Source: Lysobacteraceae bacterium (lineage in GTDB: Bacteria > Pseudomonadota > Gammaproteobacteria > Xanthomonadales > Rhodanobacteraceae). From it: a stretch of DNA of 35,050 bases. The notes beneath the pieces are model-generated. The model did no database searches, was not told where the DNA came from, and saw nothing but the letters and a program-made list of their open reading frames with translations. The stretch's first letter is position 1, and every line of letters starts with the position of its first letter. The stretch is from positions 1 through 35,050 of the forward strand of contig JAGWZT010000001.1 in the NCBI GenBank assembly GCA_018971925.1, in the 5' to 3' direction. Both the position numbers and the translations under genes were made by a program. Of this stretch, positions 6,218 to 13,402 are shown piece after piece.

Positions 6218-7500
6218 TGCCGACGGCGAATCTGCCCCTGCGCGTGCTGGCGTGGGTGGCGTGCGTGCTCGCGTTTTTCCTGATCATGTACGGATCTTTC
6301 GTGCGGCTGTCCAACGCCGGCCTCTCGTGCCCCGACTGGCCGACCTGCTACGGGCGCATCACCTGGCCGGTCAAGCCGGCAGCCGTCGCGAAAGCGGACA
6401 AGGCGTTCCCGAACCGGCCCGTCGAAACCCACAAGGCCTGGCGCGAACAAACCCATCGTTTCGCCGCCGGCACGCTCGGCTTGCTGGTGTTGGCCGAGGC
6501 GCTGGTCGCGACGTTTGCGGCCCGGCGGCGTTTCGCACTGGTGATCGCGGCGGTGGTGCTGATCGGCATCGGAATACCGATGTACATGGCCCGGCATTAC
6601 GTGACTGCCAGCGTGCTCGCGGCGGCTGGCGAGGCGCTGTTGCTTGGCGTGGCCTTCTTCTGGCGGGGCGCCGGCTGGCGACGCGTCGCGGTGCTGACGT
6701 TGGCGGTCGTGTGCTTCCAGGCATTGCTCGGGATGTGGACGGTCACGTGGCTGTTGAAGCCCATCGTGGTTTCCGGGCACCTGCTGGGTGGCATGGCGAC
6801 ATTTGCATTGCTGACATGGGTGGCGTGGCGGCTATCTTTGTCCCCTCTCCCTTCGGGAGAGGGTGCCATTTCTGCCGTGAAGGCAGAAATGGCGGGTGAG
6901 GGTCCGGGTTCGCAGGTACGTTATGCGCTGGCCGAACCCTCACCCCAGCGCTACGCGCTCGGCGCTACGCGCCGCCTCTCCCGTAGGGAGAGGGGCTTAT
7001 TCTTGGCGGCGGTGATCGGCGTGGTGTTGCTGGCGTGCCAGATCTTCCTGGGCGGGTGGACGTCGTCCAATTACGCCGCGCTCGCGTGCGGCATCGGTGG
7101 CTCGGCATTTCCGACCTGCCTTGGCCAGTGGTGGCCGGCGATGGATTTCCACCAGGGTTTCATCCTGTGGCGCGGCATCGGCGTGGATTTCCAGGGTGGC
7201 ATCCTGGATGCCCCCGCGCGCACCGCGATCCAGATGGTGCACCGCTTCGGCGCGGCGGTCGTGTTCGTATACGTGTTGTGGCTGGCGCACAAGACGGGAC
7301 GTGCGGGCCTGCGCTGGCATGCCGTCGCGCTGGCGGCGCTGCTGTTTGTGCAGGTCGCGTTGGGCATCAGCAACGTGATGCTGGGCCTGCCGCTGGCGAT
7401 CGCCGTGGCACACACCGGGGGTGCGGCGCTGCTGCTGTTTGCTGTTGTAACGCTGCTGACCCGCAGCCAAGCGCTGGCGCCGCGGGAGGGCCATTTGTAG
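6217..7500 (+). CDS. ctaA: heme A synthase (COX15/CtaA family)
   Basis: ATG at 6217 overlaps the upstream stop. The translation includes FVRLSNAGLSCPDWPTCYG, THKAWREQTHRF, VVSGHLLGG, MVHRFGA and AVAHTGGA, which are the conserved Cys loop and His-bearing helices. The 542-aa ORF starting at 5872 is upstream read-through in another gene's territory. Confidence 0.93.
   Translation: MPTANLPLRVLAWVACVLAFFLIMYGSFVRLSNAGLSCPDWPTCYGRITWPVKPAAVAKADKAFPNRPVETHKAWREQTHRFAAGTLGLLVLAEALVATFAARRRFALVIAAVVLIGIGIPMYMARHYVTASVLAAAGEALLLGVAFFWRGAGWRRVAVLTLAVVCFQALLGMWTVTWLLKPIVVSGHLLGGMATFALLTWVAWRLSLSPLPSGEGAISAVKAEMAGEGPGSQVRYALAEPSPQRYALGATRRLSRRERGLFLAAVIGVVLLACQIFLGGWTSSNYAALACGIGGSAFPTCLGQWWPAMDFHQGFILWRGIGVDFQGGILDAPARTAIQMVHRFGAAVVFVYVLWLAHKTGRAGLRWHAVALAALLFVQVALGISNVMLGLPLAIAVAHTGGAALLLFAVVTLLTRSQALAPREGHL
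6838..6996 (+). repeat. multi-hairpin repeat element embedded in frame inside ctaA
   Basis: Perfect or near-perfect hairpins: CCCTCTCCC-TTC-GGGAGAGGG (6843-6863), CCATTTCTGCC-GTGAA-GGCAGAAATGG (6866-6892), an imperfect long inverted repeat GGGTGAGGG..CCCTCACCC (6894-6945), a direct 11-mer GCGCTACGCGC x2 (6948-6972), and CCTCTCCC-GTA-GGGAGAGG (6975-6993). Confidence 0.8.
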
Positions 7501-7578
7501 GAGCGGCGGAATCCGCGCCCCGGGCGTGGCATCCGCACAATGTCGATCGGGCCTTCCTGCCCTCCTACAATGGAAAAG

Positions 7579-8499
7579 ATGTCCACGCTCGCCGGCCAAT
7601 ACCTTGCCGCCACCAAGCCGCGCATCGTCGCGTTGCTGGTGTTCACCGCCATCATCGGGATGCTGCTGGCCGCGCCCGGCGTGCCGCCCTGGCGCGCGCT
7701 GGTGTTCGGCACACTCGGCGTCTGGATGGCATCGTCATCGGCGGCGGCGCTGAACCAGTTGATCGACCAGCGCATCGACCGCGTGATGGCGCGCACCGCG
7801 CATCGCCCGCTGGTCACGGGCACGCTCACCGCGCGTCAGGTGTTGGTGTTTGCCACGTTGCTGGGCGTGGCGTCGATGCTGATCCTCGGCCTGCTGGTGA
7901 ACTGGCTGACCGCCTTGCTCACCTTCATCGGGCTGATCGGTTACGCGGTGATCTACACGGCGTTCCTGAAACGCGCGACGCCGCAGAACATCGTGATCGG
8001 CGGTCTCGCCGGCGCGATTCCTCCGCTGCTGGGCTGGGCCGCCGTGACCGGCATGCAGGCGCCGAGCGATTGGGCCTATGGCTTGTTGCTGGTGCTGATC
8101 GTGTTCGTGTGGACGCCGCCGCACTTCTGGTCGCTGGCGATCTTCCGGCGCGAGGATTACCGGCGGGCCTGCATCCCGATGCTGCCGGTGGTCTATGGCG
8201 TCGAATACACCCGCTGGCACGTGTTGTTCTACACCGTGCTGCTGGTGCTGGTGAGCCTGCTGCCGTACCTCACCGGCATGAGCGGACTGCTGTATCTCGG
8301 CGGCGCGGCGGTGCTGGGCATCGCCTACCTGTACTACGCGATCCGGCTGATGCGCCCGCCGGACGAGCGCTTCGCGATGAGCGCGTTCGGCTATTCGATC
8401 GTTTACCTGATCGCCCTGTTCAGCTTCCTGCTGGCCGACCACTGGCTGGCCGGGCCGGTGGTGCGGGTGGGCGGATACGTGCTGCAGCGGATAGGGTAA
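7579..8499 (+). CDS. cyoE: protoheme IX farnesyltransferase (heme O synthase); alternative starts at 7540 and 7570
   Basis: The translation includes [63 protein letters not shown] and [16 protein letters not shown]. The start at 7579 gives the usual roughly 10 residues before the TKP motif. Confidence 0.93.
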   Translation: MSTLAGQYLAATKPRIVALLVFTAIIGMLLAAPGVPPWRALVFGTLGVWMASSSAAALNQLIDQRIDRVMARTAHRPLVTGTLTARQVLVFATLLGVASMLILGLLVNWLTALLTFIGLIGYAVIYTAFLKRATPQNIVIGGLAGAIPPLLGWAAVTGMQAPSDWAYGLLLVLIVFVWTPPHFWSLAIFRREDYRRACIPMLPVVYGVEYTRWHVLFYTVLLVLVSLLPYLTGMSGLLYLGGAAVLGIAYLYYAIRLMRPPDERFAMSAFGYSIVYLIALFSFLLADHWLAGPVVRVGGYVLQRIG

Positions 8500-8578
8500 G
8501 CTGGCGCCGGCGCAGGCAGGCAGCCGGCGCGGGTGGTGTATCGGGAGCCAGGCTCCCAGGCCGGGAGGTTGGCTGCGC

Positions 8579-10765
8579 TTGAACGTGGTCCTGCTGGTTG
8601 TGGCGATCGTCGCCGCGTTGATCAGCATCGCGCTGGCGGCATGGGCGTTGCGCAAGCAGCGTCGCATCCTGAAGGAACTGACCGCCAGCCGCGAGCGCTA
8701 CATGCTGGTCGCGGAAGGCGCCAACGACGGCATCTTCGATTACGACCTCGTCACGCAAAGCATTTACTTTTCGCCGCGCGTGTACCAGATGCTCGGGTAC
8801 GACGAAACCGAACTGCGCGGCCCCGACGGCCTCAAGCGGATCATGGAGCCCGAGGACTACGAGGTCGCGCGCGCGGCCCTGTTCGGACACCTGGAGCAGC
8901 ATCACCGCGACGAGCTCCAACGGGTGATGCGCCTGCGCGCGCACGACGGCCGGGTGCTGACCATCCTGGCACGGAGCGTCGCGCAATATGCCGAGGACGG
9001 AACGCCGGTGCGGGTGGCCGGTTCCTACACCGACATCACCGACCGCCTGCACGACAAGCGCCAGTTGCAGATCGCGGCCAGCGTGTTCGAGGCCAGCAGC
9101 GACGGCATCCTCATCAGCGATCCCGTCCAGCGCATCGTATCGGTCAACAGCGCCTTCATGCGCGTGACCGGATACGAGCGCGAGGAGCTGACGGGGCGGC
9201 CGGTGCGCGACATGCAGATTCCGTCCGCCGCGACACGCGCTTGCGACCACGCGCTGCGTGAATTCGACAAGTGGAGCGGCGAAATCGCCTGGCGCCGCCG
9301 CAATGGCGAGGGCAAGGCGCTCGACAGCTCGGTGGTCGCGGTGCGCGACTCTTCGGGCGAAGTCGCGTTCCACATCCATGTCTGCATCGACACCGCCGAG
9401 CTGCGTTACGCGCAGGCGCGCATACGCCATCTCGCCTACTTCGATCCGCTTACGGGGTTGCCCAATCGCACCCACATGCGCGGCCAGTTCGCGCAGGCGC
9501 TGGCGGCGGCTCGGCATGGCGCACGGCCGCTGGCGGTCGCGTTTTTCGACCTCGACAACTTCAAGGAGATCAACGACACCGCCGGCCACAGCGTGGGCGA
9601 CGACGTGATCTGCACGGTGGCGCAACGGTTGAGCGAAGGCGTGCGCGAGGGCGATGTGCTGTGCCGGTTCGGGGGCGACGAGTTCCTGCTGCTGCTGCCC
9701 GATACGGACGCCGCGGCGGCCGAAGTCATGACGCGGCGCCTGATCGAGCGGATCTGCCAACCCGTCGATGTCGAGGGCCGATCGCTGGACATCGCTGCCA
9801 GCGCGGGTTTCAGCATCTTCCCCGACGATGCGACGGATGCCGAGAACCTGGTGCGTGAGGCCGACACCGCCCTGTTCCGTGCCAAGGCAGAGGGTGGCAA
9901 CACGGTGCTGCGCTTCCTGCCGTGGATGGGCGAGGCCGTGACCTGGCGCCACGACATGCAGTCTGCGTTGCGCGCCGCGATCGTGCGCTCGCAGTTCGTG
10001 CTGCGCTACCAGCCGATCGTGGACGCGCGCGCCAACCGCGTGCGCGGGTTCGAGGCGTTGCTGTACTGGAATCGGCCCGGCATGGGCGTGGTCGGTCCCA
10101 GCTCGTTCATCGGGCTGGCCGAAGAATCGCGGCTGATCGAATCCATTGGCGCGTGGGTGGTCGAGGAAGCGTGCCGCCAGTTGGCGGCGTGGAAACACGT
10201 CGGCCTGCCGGCGTTCTATGTCGGCATCAATGTCTCGGGCATGCAACTGCGCGTGGGCGGCGCCTTCCAGGACGTGCTTGCCGAGGCCATGCGCAAGCAT
10301 GGCGTGGGCAACGACGAGTTGATGCTGGAAATCACCGAGCGGCACCTGGTGCAGGATGTGAAGGGCGGCTTGCCGTTGCTGGAAACCCTGACGGCGAGCG
10401 GCCTGCGGGTATCGATCGACGACTTCGGCACCGGCTATTCCAATCTCGAATCGCTCAAGAACCTGACCGTCAACCAGATCAAGATCGACCGCGCCTTCGT
10501 GCGCAATCTGATGACGGAGTCGGGCGACCGCGCGATCGTGCGCTCCATCATCGCGCTCGGCCGCAGCCTGGGCCTGCAGGTCGTCGCCGAGGGCGTGGAA
10601 ACCGCCGAACAGATGCAGATGCTGCGCGAATTCGGCTGCGACATGTTGCAGGGATTCCTGTACGCGCGCCCGCTCGAGGTGGATGCGGTGCCCGGATTCC
10701 TGATCGAACTCGCGGCCGGCAAGGTGGGCCGGAAGGCTGGCGAGCGCGGCTCCGTTGTGTTGTGA
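8579..10765 (+). CDS. membrane-anchored PAS-PAS-GGDEF-EAL protein (putative bifunctional diguanylate cyclase/phosphodiesterase)
   Basis: TTG start at 8579 lies 10 nt after GGGAGG. There is one N-terminal TM helix and two PAS/PAC-like segments. The GGDEF domain is intact (RFGGDEFLLLL) with an RxxD I-site (REGD) five residues upstream. EAL motifs are intact (FEALLYW, EITE, DDFGTGYS, KIDRAF, EGVET, QGF). Confidence 0.9.
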   Translation: MNVVLLVVAIVAALISIALAAWALRKQRRILKELTASRERYMLVAEGANDGIFDYDLVTQSIYFSPRVYQMLGYDETELRGPDGLKRIMEPEDYEVARAALFGHLEQHHRDELQRVMRLRAHDGRVLTILARSVAQYAEDGTPVRVAGSYTDITDRLHDKRQLQIAASVFEASSDGILISDPVQRIVSVNSAFMRVTGYEREELTGRPVRDMQIPSAATRACDHALREFDKWSGEIAWRRRNGEGKALDSSVVAVRDSSGEVAFHIHVCIDTAELRYAQARIRHLAYFDPLTGLPNRTHMRGQFAQALAAARHGARPLAVAFFDLDNFKEINDTAGHSVGDDVICTVAQRLSEGVREGDVLCRFGGDEFLLLLPDTDAAAAEVMTRRLIERICQPVDVEGRSLDIAASAGFSIFPDDATDAENLVREADTALFRAKAEGGNTVLRFLPWMGEAVTWRHDMQSALRAAIVRSQFVLRYQPIVDARANRVRGFEALLYWNRPGMGVVGPSSFIGLAEESRLIESIGAWVVEEACRQLAAWKHVGLPAFYVGINVSGMQLRVGGAFQDVLAEAMRKHGVGNDELMLEITERHLVQDVKGGLPLLETLTASGLRVSIDDFGTGYSNLESLKNLTVNQIKIDRAFVRNLMTESGDRAIVRSIIALGRSLGLQVVAEGVETAEQMQMLREFGCDMLQGFLYARPLEVDAVPGFLIELAAGKVGRKAGERGSVVL

Positions 10766-10772
10766 TACACGG

Positions 10773-10797
10773 TTGCCGCGGGCGGTTTCCGCGGCAA
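10773..10797 (+). terminator. perfect 9-bp hairpin after the GGDEF-EAL gene (TTGCCGCGG-N7-CCGCGGCAA), terminator-like
   Basis: The stem-loop begins 8 nt after the TGA stop. No U-tract follows, so function as an intrinsic terminator is uncertain. Confidence 0.35.
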
Positions 10798-10822
10798 GCC
10801 TTCGTGTGCAGCAGGTGATGCC

Positions 10823-11749
10823 TTGAACGCGTTGATGGATTTCCTGCGCTGGTGGATCCCCTGGGAGCCCTCGGCCACCGCGGTCGTCGCGTTCGCGCTC
10901 GCCGTGTGGTTGTACTGGCGCGGTGCGCGGCGCTCGCCGGCGACGGCCCCGTGGCACCGGCAGCTGTCGTTCTGGCTCGGCCTGTTCGTCATCTATTTCA
11001 GCCTGCACACGCATCTCGACTATTACGCCGAGCACGAATTCTTCGTGAACCGCCTGCAGCAGTTCGGTCTGCAGCACCTCGGTCCTTTCATGGTCGTGCT
11101 GGCGTTTCCCGGTGCGACATTGCGCAGCGGTTTGCCGCTGCGTTGGCGGATCCATTGGCTGCGTCCATCCGCGCGCAGCGCGCCCTGGCGCGGGCTTTCC
11201 GGCTTCTTGCTCAATCCGTGGGTCGCGTCGTTCGTGTTCGTCGGCGTGATGCTGTTCTGGCTGTGGCCGTCCGTGCTGTTCTACGCGATGCTGGATTGGC
11301 GCCTGTACCGCTTGATGAACTGGAGCATGGTGCTGGCGGGGCTGCTGTACTGGTGGCTGATCCTCGACAGCCGCCCCAAACCGCCCGCGCGGCTGTCGCC
11401 CGGGATGCGCGTACTCGTCGAAATGCTGGTAATGGTGCCGCTGATCCTGGCCGGCGCGTACATCACGTTCACCACCCGGGACCTGTATCCGATCTACAGC
11501 TTGTGCGGGCGCGCGTTCAACGGCATCACGCCTGCCGCCGACCAATACCTGGGCGGCCTGATCCTGTGGATACCGGGCGCGATGATGAGCGTGCTTGCGG
11601 CGGCCGTCGCGTTCGGCCACTGGCTGTCACTCGATTCGCGGGGGCGGCTGCCGTCGCGGCAGGCGCGACGCGAAGCGTGGCGGGCGCGCGTGGTCGCGCG
11701 CACTCAGGGCCCGGACGCGTTGGCGGGCAGCACGGAAAAGTCCACCTGA
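10823..11749 (+). CDS. cytochrome c oxidase assembly protein, Caa3_CtaG (Bacillus CtaG-like) polytopic membrane family; start TTG 10823 or ATG 10835
   Basis: The protein is multi-TM. It begins LRWWIPWEPSATAVVAFALAVWLYWRG and continues with HEFFVNRLQQFGLQHLGPF, which as I recall is typical of this family. It is adjacent to PCuAC and Sco. Confidence 0.7.
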   Translation: MNALMDFLRWWIPWEPSATAVVAFALAVWLYWRGARRSPATAPWHRQLSFWLGLFVIYFSLHTHLDYYAEHEFFVNRLQQFGLQHLGPFMVVLAFPGATLRSGLPLRWRIHWLRPSARSAPWRGLSGFLLNPWVASFVFVGVMLFWLWPSVLFYAMLDWRLYRLMNWSMVLAGLLYWWLILDSRPKPPARLSPGMRVLVEMLVMVPLILAGAYITFTTRDLYPIYSLCGRAFNGITPAADQYLGGLILWIPGAMMSVLAAAVAFGHWLSLDSRGRLPSRQARREAWRARVVARTQGPDALAGSTEKST

Positions 11750-12171
11750 AGCACGCTGCCGCCGGCAAAGCGCAGGCGCATCGGAACCTTGTCGCCGGGT
11801 TTCACCGGGCGCTTCGCGTGCGACAGCATCAGGTGGTAGCCGCCCGGCGCGAGTTTGACGCTGCCGTGCGCGGGAATGTCGAGGTGATCGACCATTTCCA
11901 TCGTGCTGTCGCCTTGCGCGAGGCGCGAACGGTGCAGCATCACCAAGCCATAGTCGGGGCTGCTGACGCCGGTAAGGCGCTGCACCCCGTCGCTGTCATT
12001 CACGATCGTCGCGTAGCCCGCCGCGGGCAGGTTGGCGGGCAGCCAGCGAATCCATGCCTGTTCGACGCGTACGGCGCTGGCCGGAGCCGCCGCGGGCGCC
12101 GAAGCACAAGTTGCGATCAGACCCGCGCAGGCGAACGCGCGCAGCAGATCGCGGGCATGCCGGGCCGTCAT
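11704..12171 (-). CDS. periplasmic copper chaperone PCu(A)C (DUF461)
   Basis: Signal peptide present. The core reads VRVEQAWIRWLPANLPAAGYATI ... MLHRS ... MEMVDHLDIPAHG ... GGYHLMLSH ... PGDKVPMRLRF, carrying the His/Met copper motifs. The start overlaps the sco stop (ATGA). Confidence 0.9.
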   Translation of the reverse strand: MTARHARDLLRAFACAGLIATCASAPAAAPASAVRVEQAWIRWLPANLPAAGYATIVNDSDGVQRLTGVSSPDYGLVMLHRSRLAQGDSTMEMVDHLDIPAHGSVKLAPGGYHLMLSHAKRPVKPGDKVPMRLRFAGGSVLQVDFSVLPANASGP

Positions 12172-12767
12172 GATTGCTTCACCAGAATATCGAGGTCGTG
12201 CAGGATTTCGTCGTTCGACGAGCCCGGCGTCGCCAGCAGGCGCGCATGGCCCTGCTGGTCGAACACGTAGACCGCGGAGCTGTGCGTGACGTCGTAGTCG
12301 CCGGCCTTGTCGTTCGGCGTTTCGGGCTTGTAGAAAGCGCGATAGCGCTTGGCCAGCTGCGCGATGGCCTCCTGCGTGCCGGTCAGCCCGACAATGCGCG
12401 GATCGAATGCGGTGACGTACTGGTGCAATACCGGCACCGTGTCGCGCACCGGATCCACCGTCACGAACAGCACGCGCACGTCATCCGCGGCCTTGCCCAT
12501 TTTCTGCAATACCGTGTGCAGGTGCACAAGCGTCAGCGGGCATACGTCGGGGCAATGCGTGTAGCCGAAATACAGCAACGCGACCTTGCCGCGATAGTCG
12601 GCCGCGGTGACCGGCTGGCCGAGATCATTGGTCATGCTGAATTTCAGGTCGGGCAAATGGCCCTGCACGTCGTCGAGCTGCCATTGCGGATGCGCCGCGC
12701 AACCAGCGAGCACCACGATGGCCGCGGCGGCGAACAACCAGCGAACGGGTGGATGGCGGAACGACAT
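12168..12767 (-). CDS. SCO1/SenC family copper chaperone / thiol-disulfide oxidoreductase (lipoprotein-type signal)
   Basis: Lipobox VLAGC. CxxxC motif in LLYFGYTHCPDVCP. The downstream His ligand is present in YDVTHSSAVYVFD. Confidence 0.93.
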   Translation of the reverse strand: MSFRHPPVRWLFAAAAIVVLAGCAAHPQWQLDDVQGHLPDLKFSMTNDLGQPVTAADYRGKVALLYFGYTHCPDVCPLTLVHLHTVLQKMGKAADDVRVLFVTVDPVRDTVPVLHQYVTAFDPRIVGLTGTQEAIAQLAKRYRAFYKPETPNDKAGDYDVTHSSAVYVFDQQGHARLLATPGSSNDEILHDLDILVKQS

Positions 12768-12864
12768 GGCGGTGCCCGGAACGGCGATGCAACCGATGAT
12801 GATAGCGCGATGCGCGCAGTGTCGAACGCATTGCGGCGGTGAGGAGACGCCGTACGTACGCTGT

Positions 12865-13182
12865 TCAGCGGCCCGCTTCGAGACGCTTCAGGAACACCCG
12901 CATTTCCTTCGCGGCCTGCACGTCACCCCGCGCTTCGGCGGCGGTGATGCCGCGCCGCCACGCGGCGGCGGCAGCGTGCGCGTCGCCTGCGCGCCGGCAG
13001 GCTTGCCCGAGCTGCTTCCATGCCGCCGAATAGCCATTGTCGAAGTCGATCGCCGCGCGCAAGTGCGCCATCGCTTCCACCGCATCACCGGCGTCCAGCA
13101 GCGCGACGCCCAGCGAATAGCGCAGCAGCGCGCCGTCGCGGGGTCCACCGAGTTGCGCGCGCAACGAATCGATACGCTTCAT
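12865..13182 (-). CDS. small tetratricopeptide-repeat protein
   Basis: 105 aa made of TPR-like units (ALLRYSLGVALLDAGDAVEAMAHLRAAIDFDNGYSAAWKQLGQACRRAGD). It is the first gene of the minus-strand TPR-sco-PCuAC string. Confidence 0.7.
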   Translation of the reverse strand: MKRIDSLRAQLGGPRDGALLRYSLGVALLDAGDAVEAMAHLRAAIDFDNGYSAAWKQLGQACRRAGDAHAAAAAWRRGITAAEARGDVQAAKEMRVFLKRLEAGR

Positions 13183-13187
13183 GTGAA

Positions 13188-13402
13188 GCGGCTGTTGTGA
13201 AAAGTCAGGCCACGGAAGGCCGTTCTGATCTTCATAAACCCGGAGTGCTTCGGCTCATGGTCGAACTCGACGAAGCAGCGATCATGGATGATCGCACAAG
13301 TACGTGGAAAGCCAGGCCACGGAAGGCCGTTCTGATCTTCACGAAGTTTGTGTGCTCCAGTGTGCGAACCGATCTGCCGGTGCAGCGATCAGGGATGATC
13401 GC
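13188..13402 (-). repeat. tandem dimer (period 107 bp) of the same dispersed repeat family as 1046-1251, in reverse orientation
   Basis: GGCCACGGAAGGCCG occurs at 13208-13222 and 13315-13329. GCAGCGATCA(T/G)GGATGATCGC occurs at 13275-13295 and 13382-13402. The tail GCGGCTGTTGTGAAAAGTCA at 13188 is the reverse complement of the tail at 28326-28345, with a single mismatch. Confidence 0.85.

Noticed and set aside
7496-7535. GTAG-type REP (TGTAGGAGCGGCGGAATCCGCG) overlapping the ctaA stop codon
   Set aside because: It resembles the GTAG-headed palindromes known from Stenotrophomonas and Pseudomonas. However, only a 5-bp stem (GCGGA-A-TCCGC) is evident and there is no second copy in the window, so the evidence is too weak to call.
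8420-11620. 1066-aa ORF on the minus strand spanning the GGDEF-EAL and ctaG-like genes
   Set aside because: Its composition is Arg/Ala/Gly/His/Pro-rich and low-complexity, with no recognisable domain. It is antisense to plus-strand frames that carry clear PAS/GGDEF/EAL and membrane-protein sequence. This is the typical long spurious antisense ORF of GC-rich DNA.
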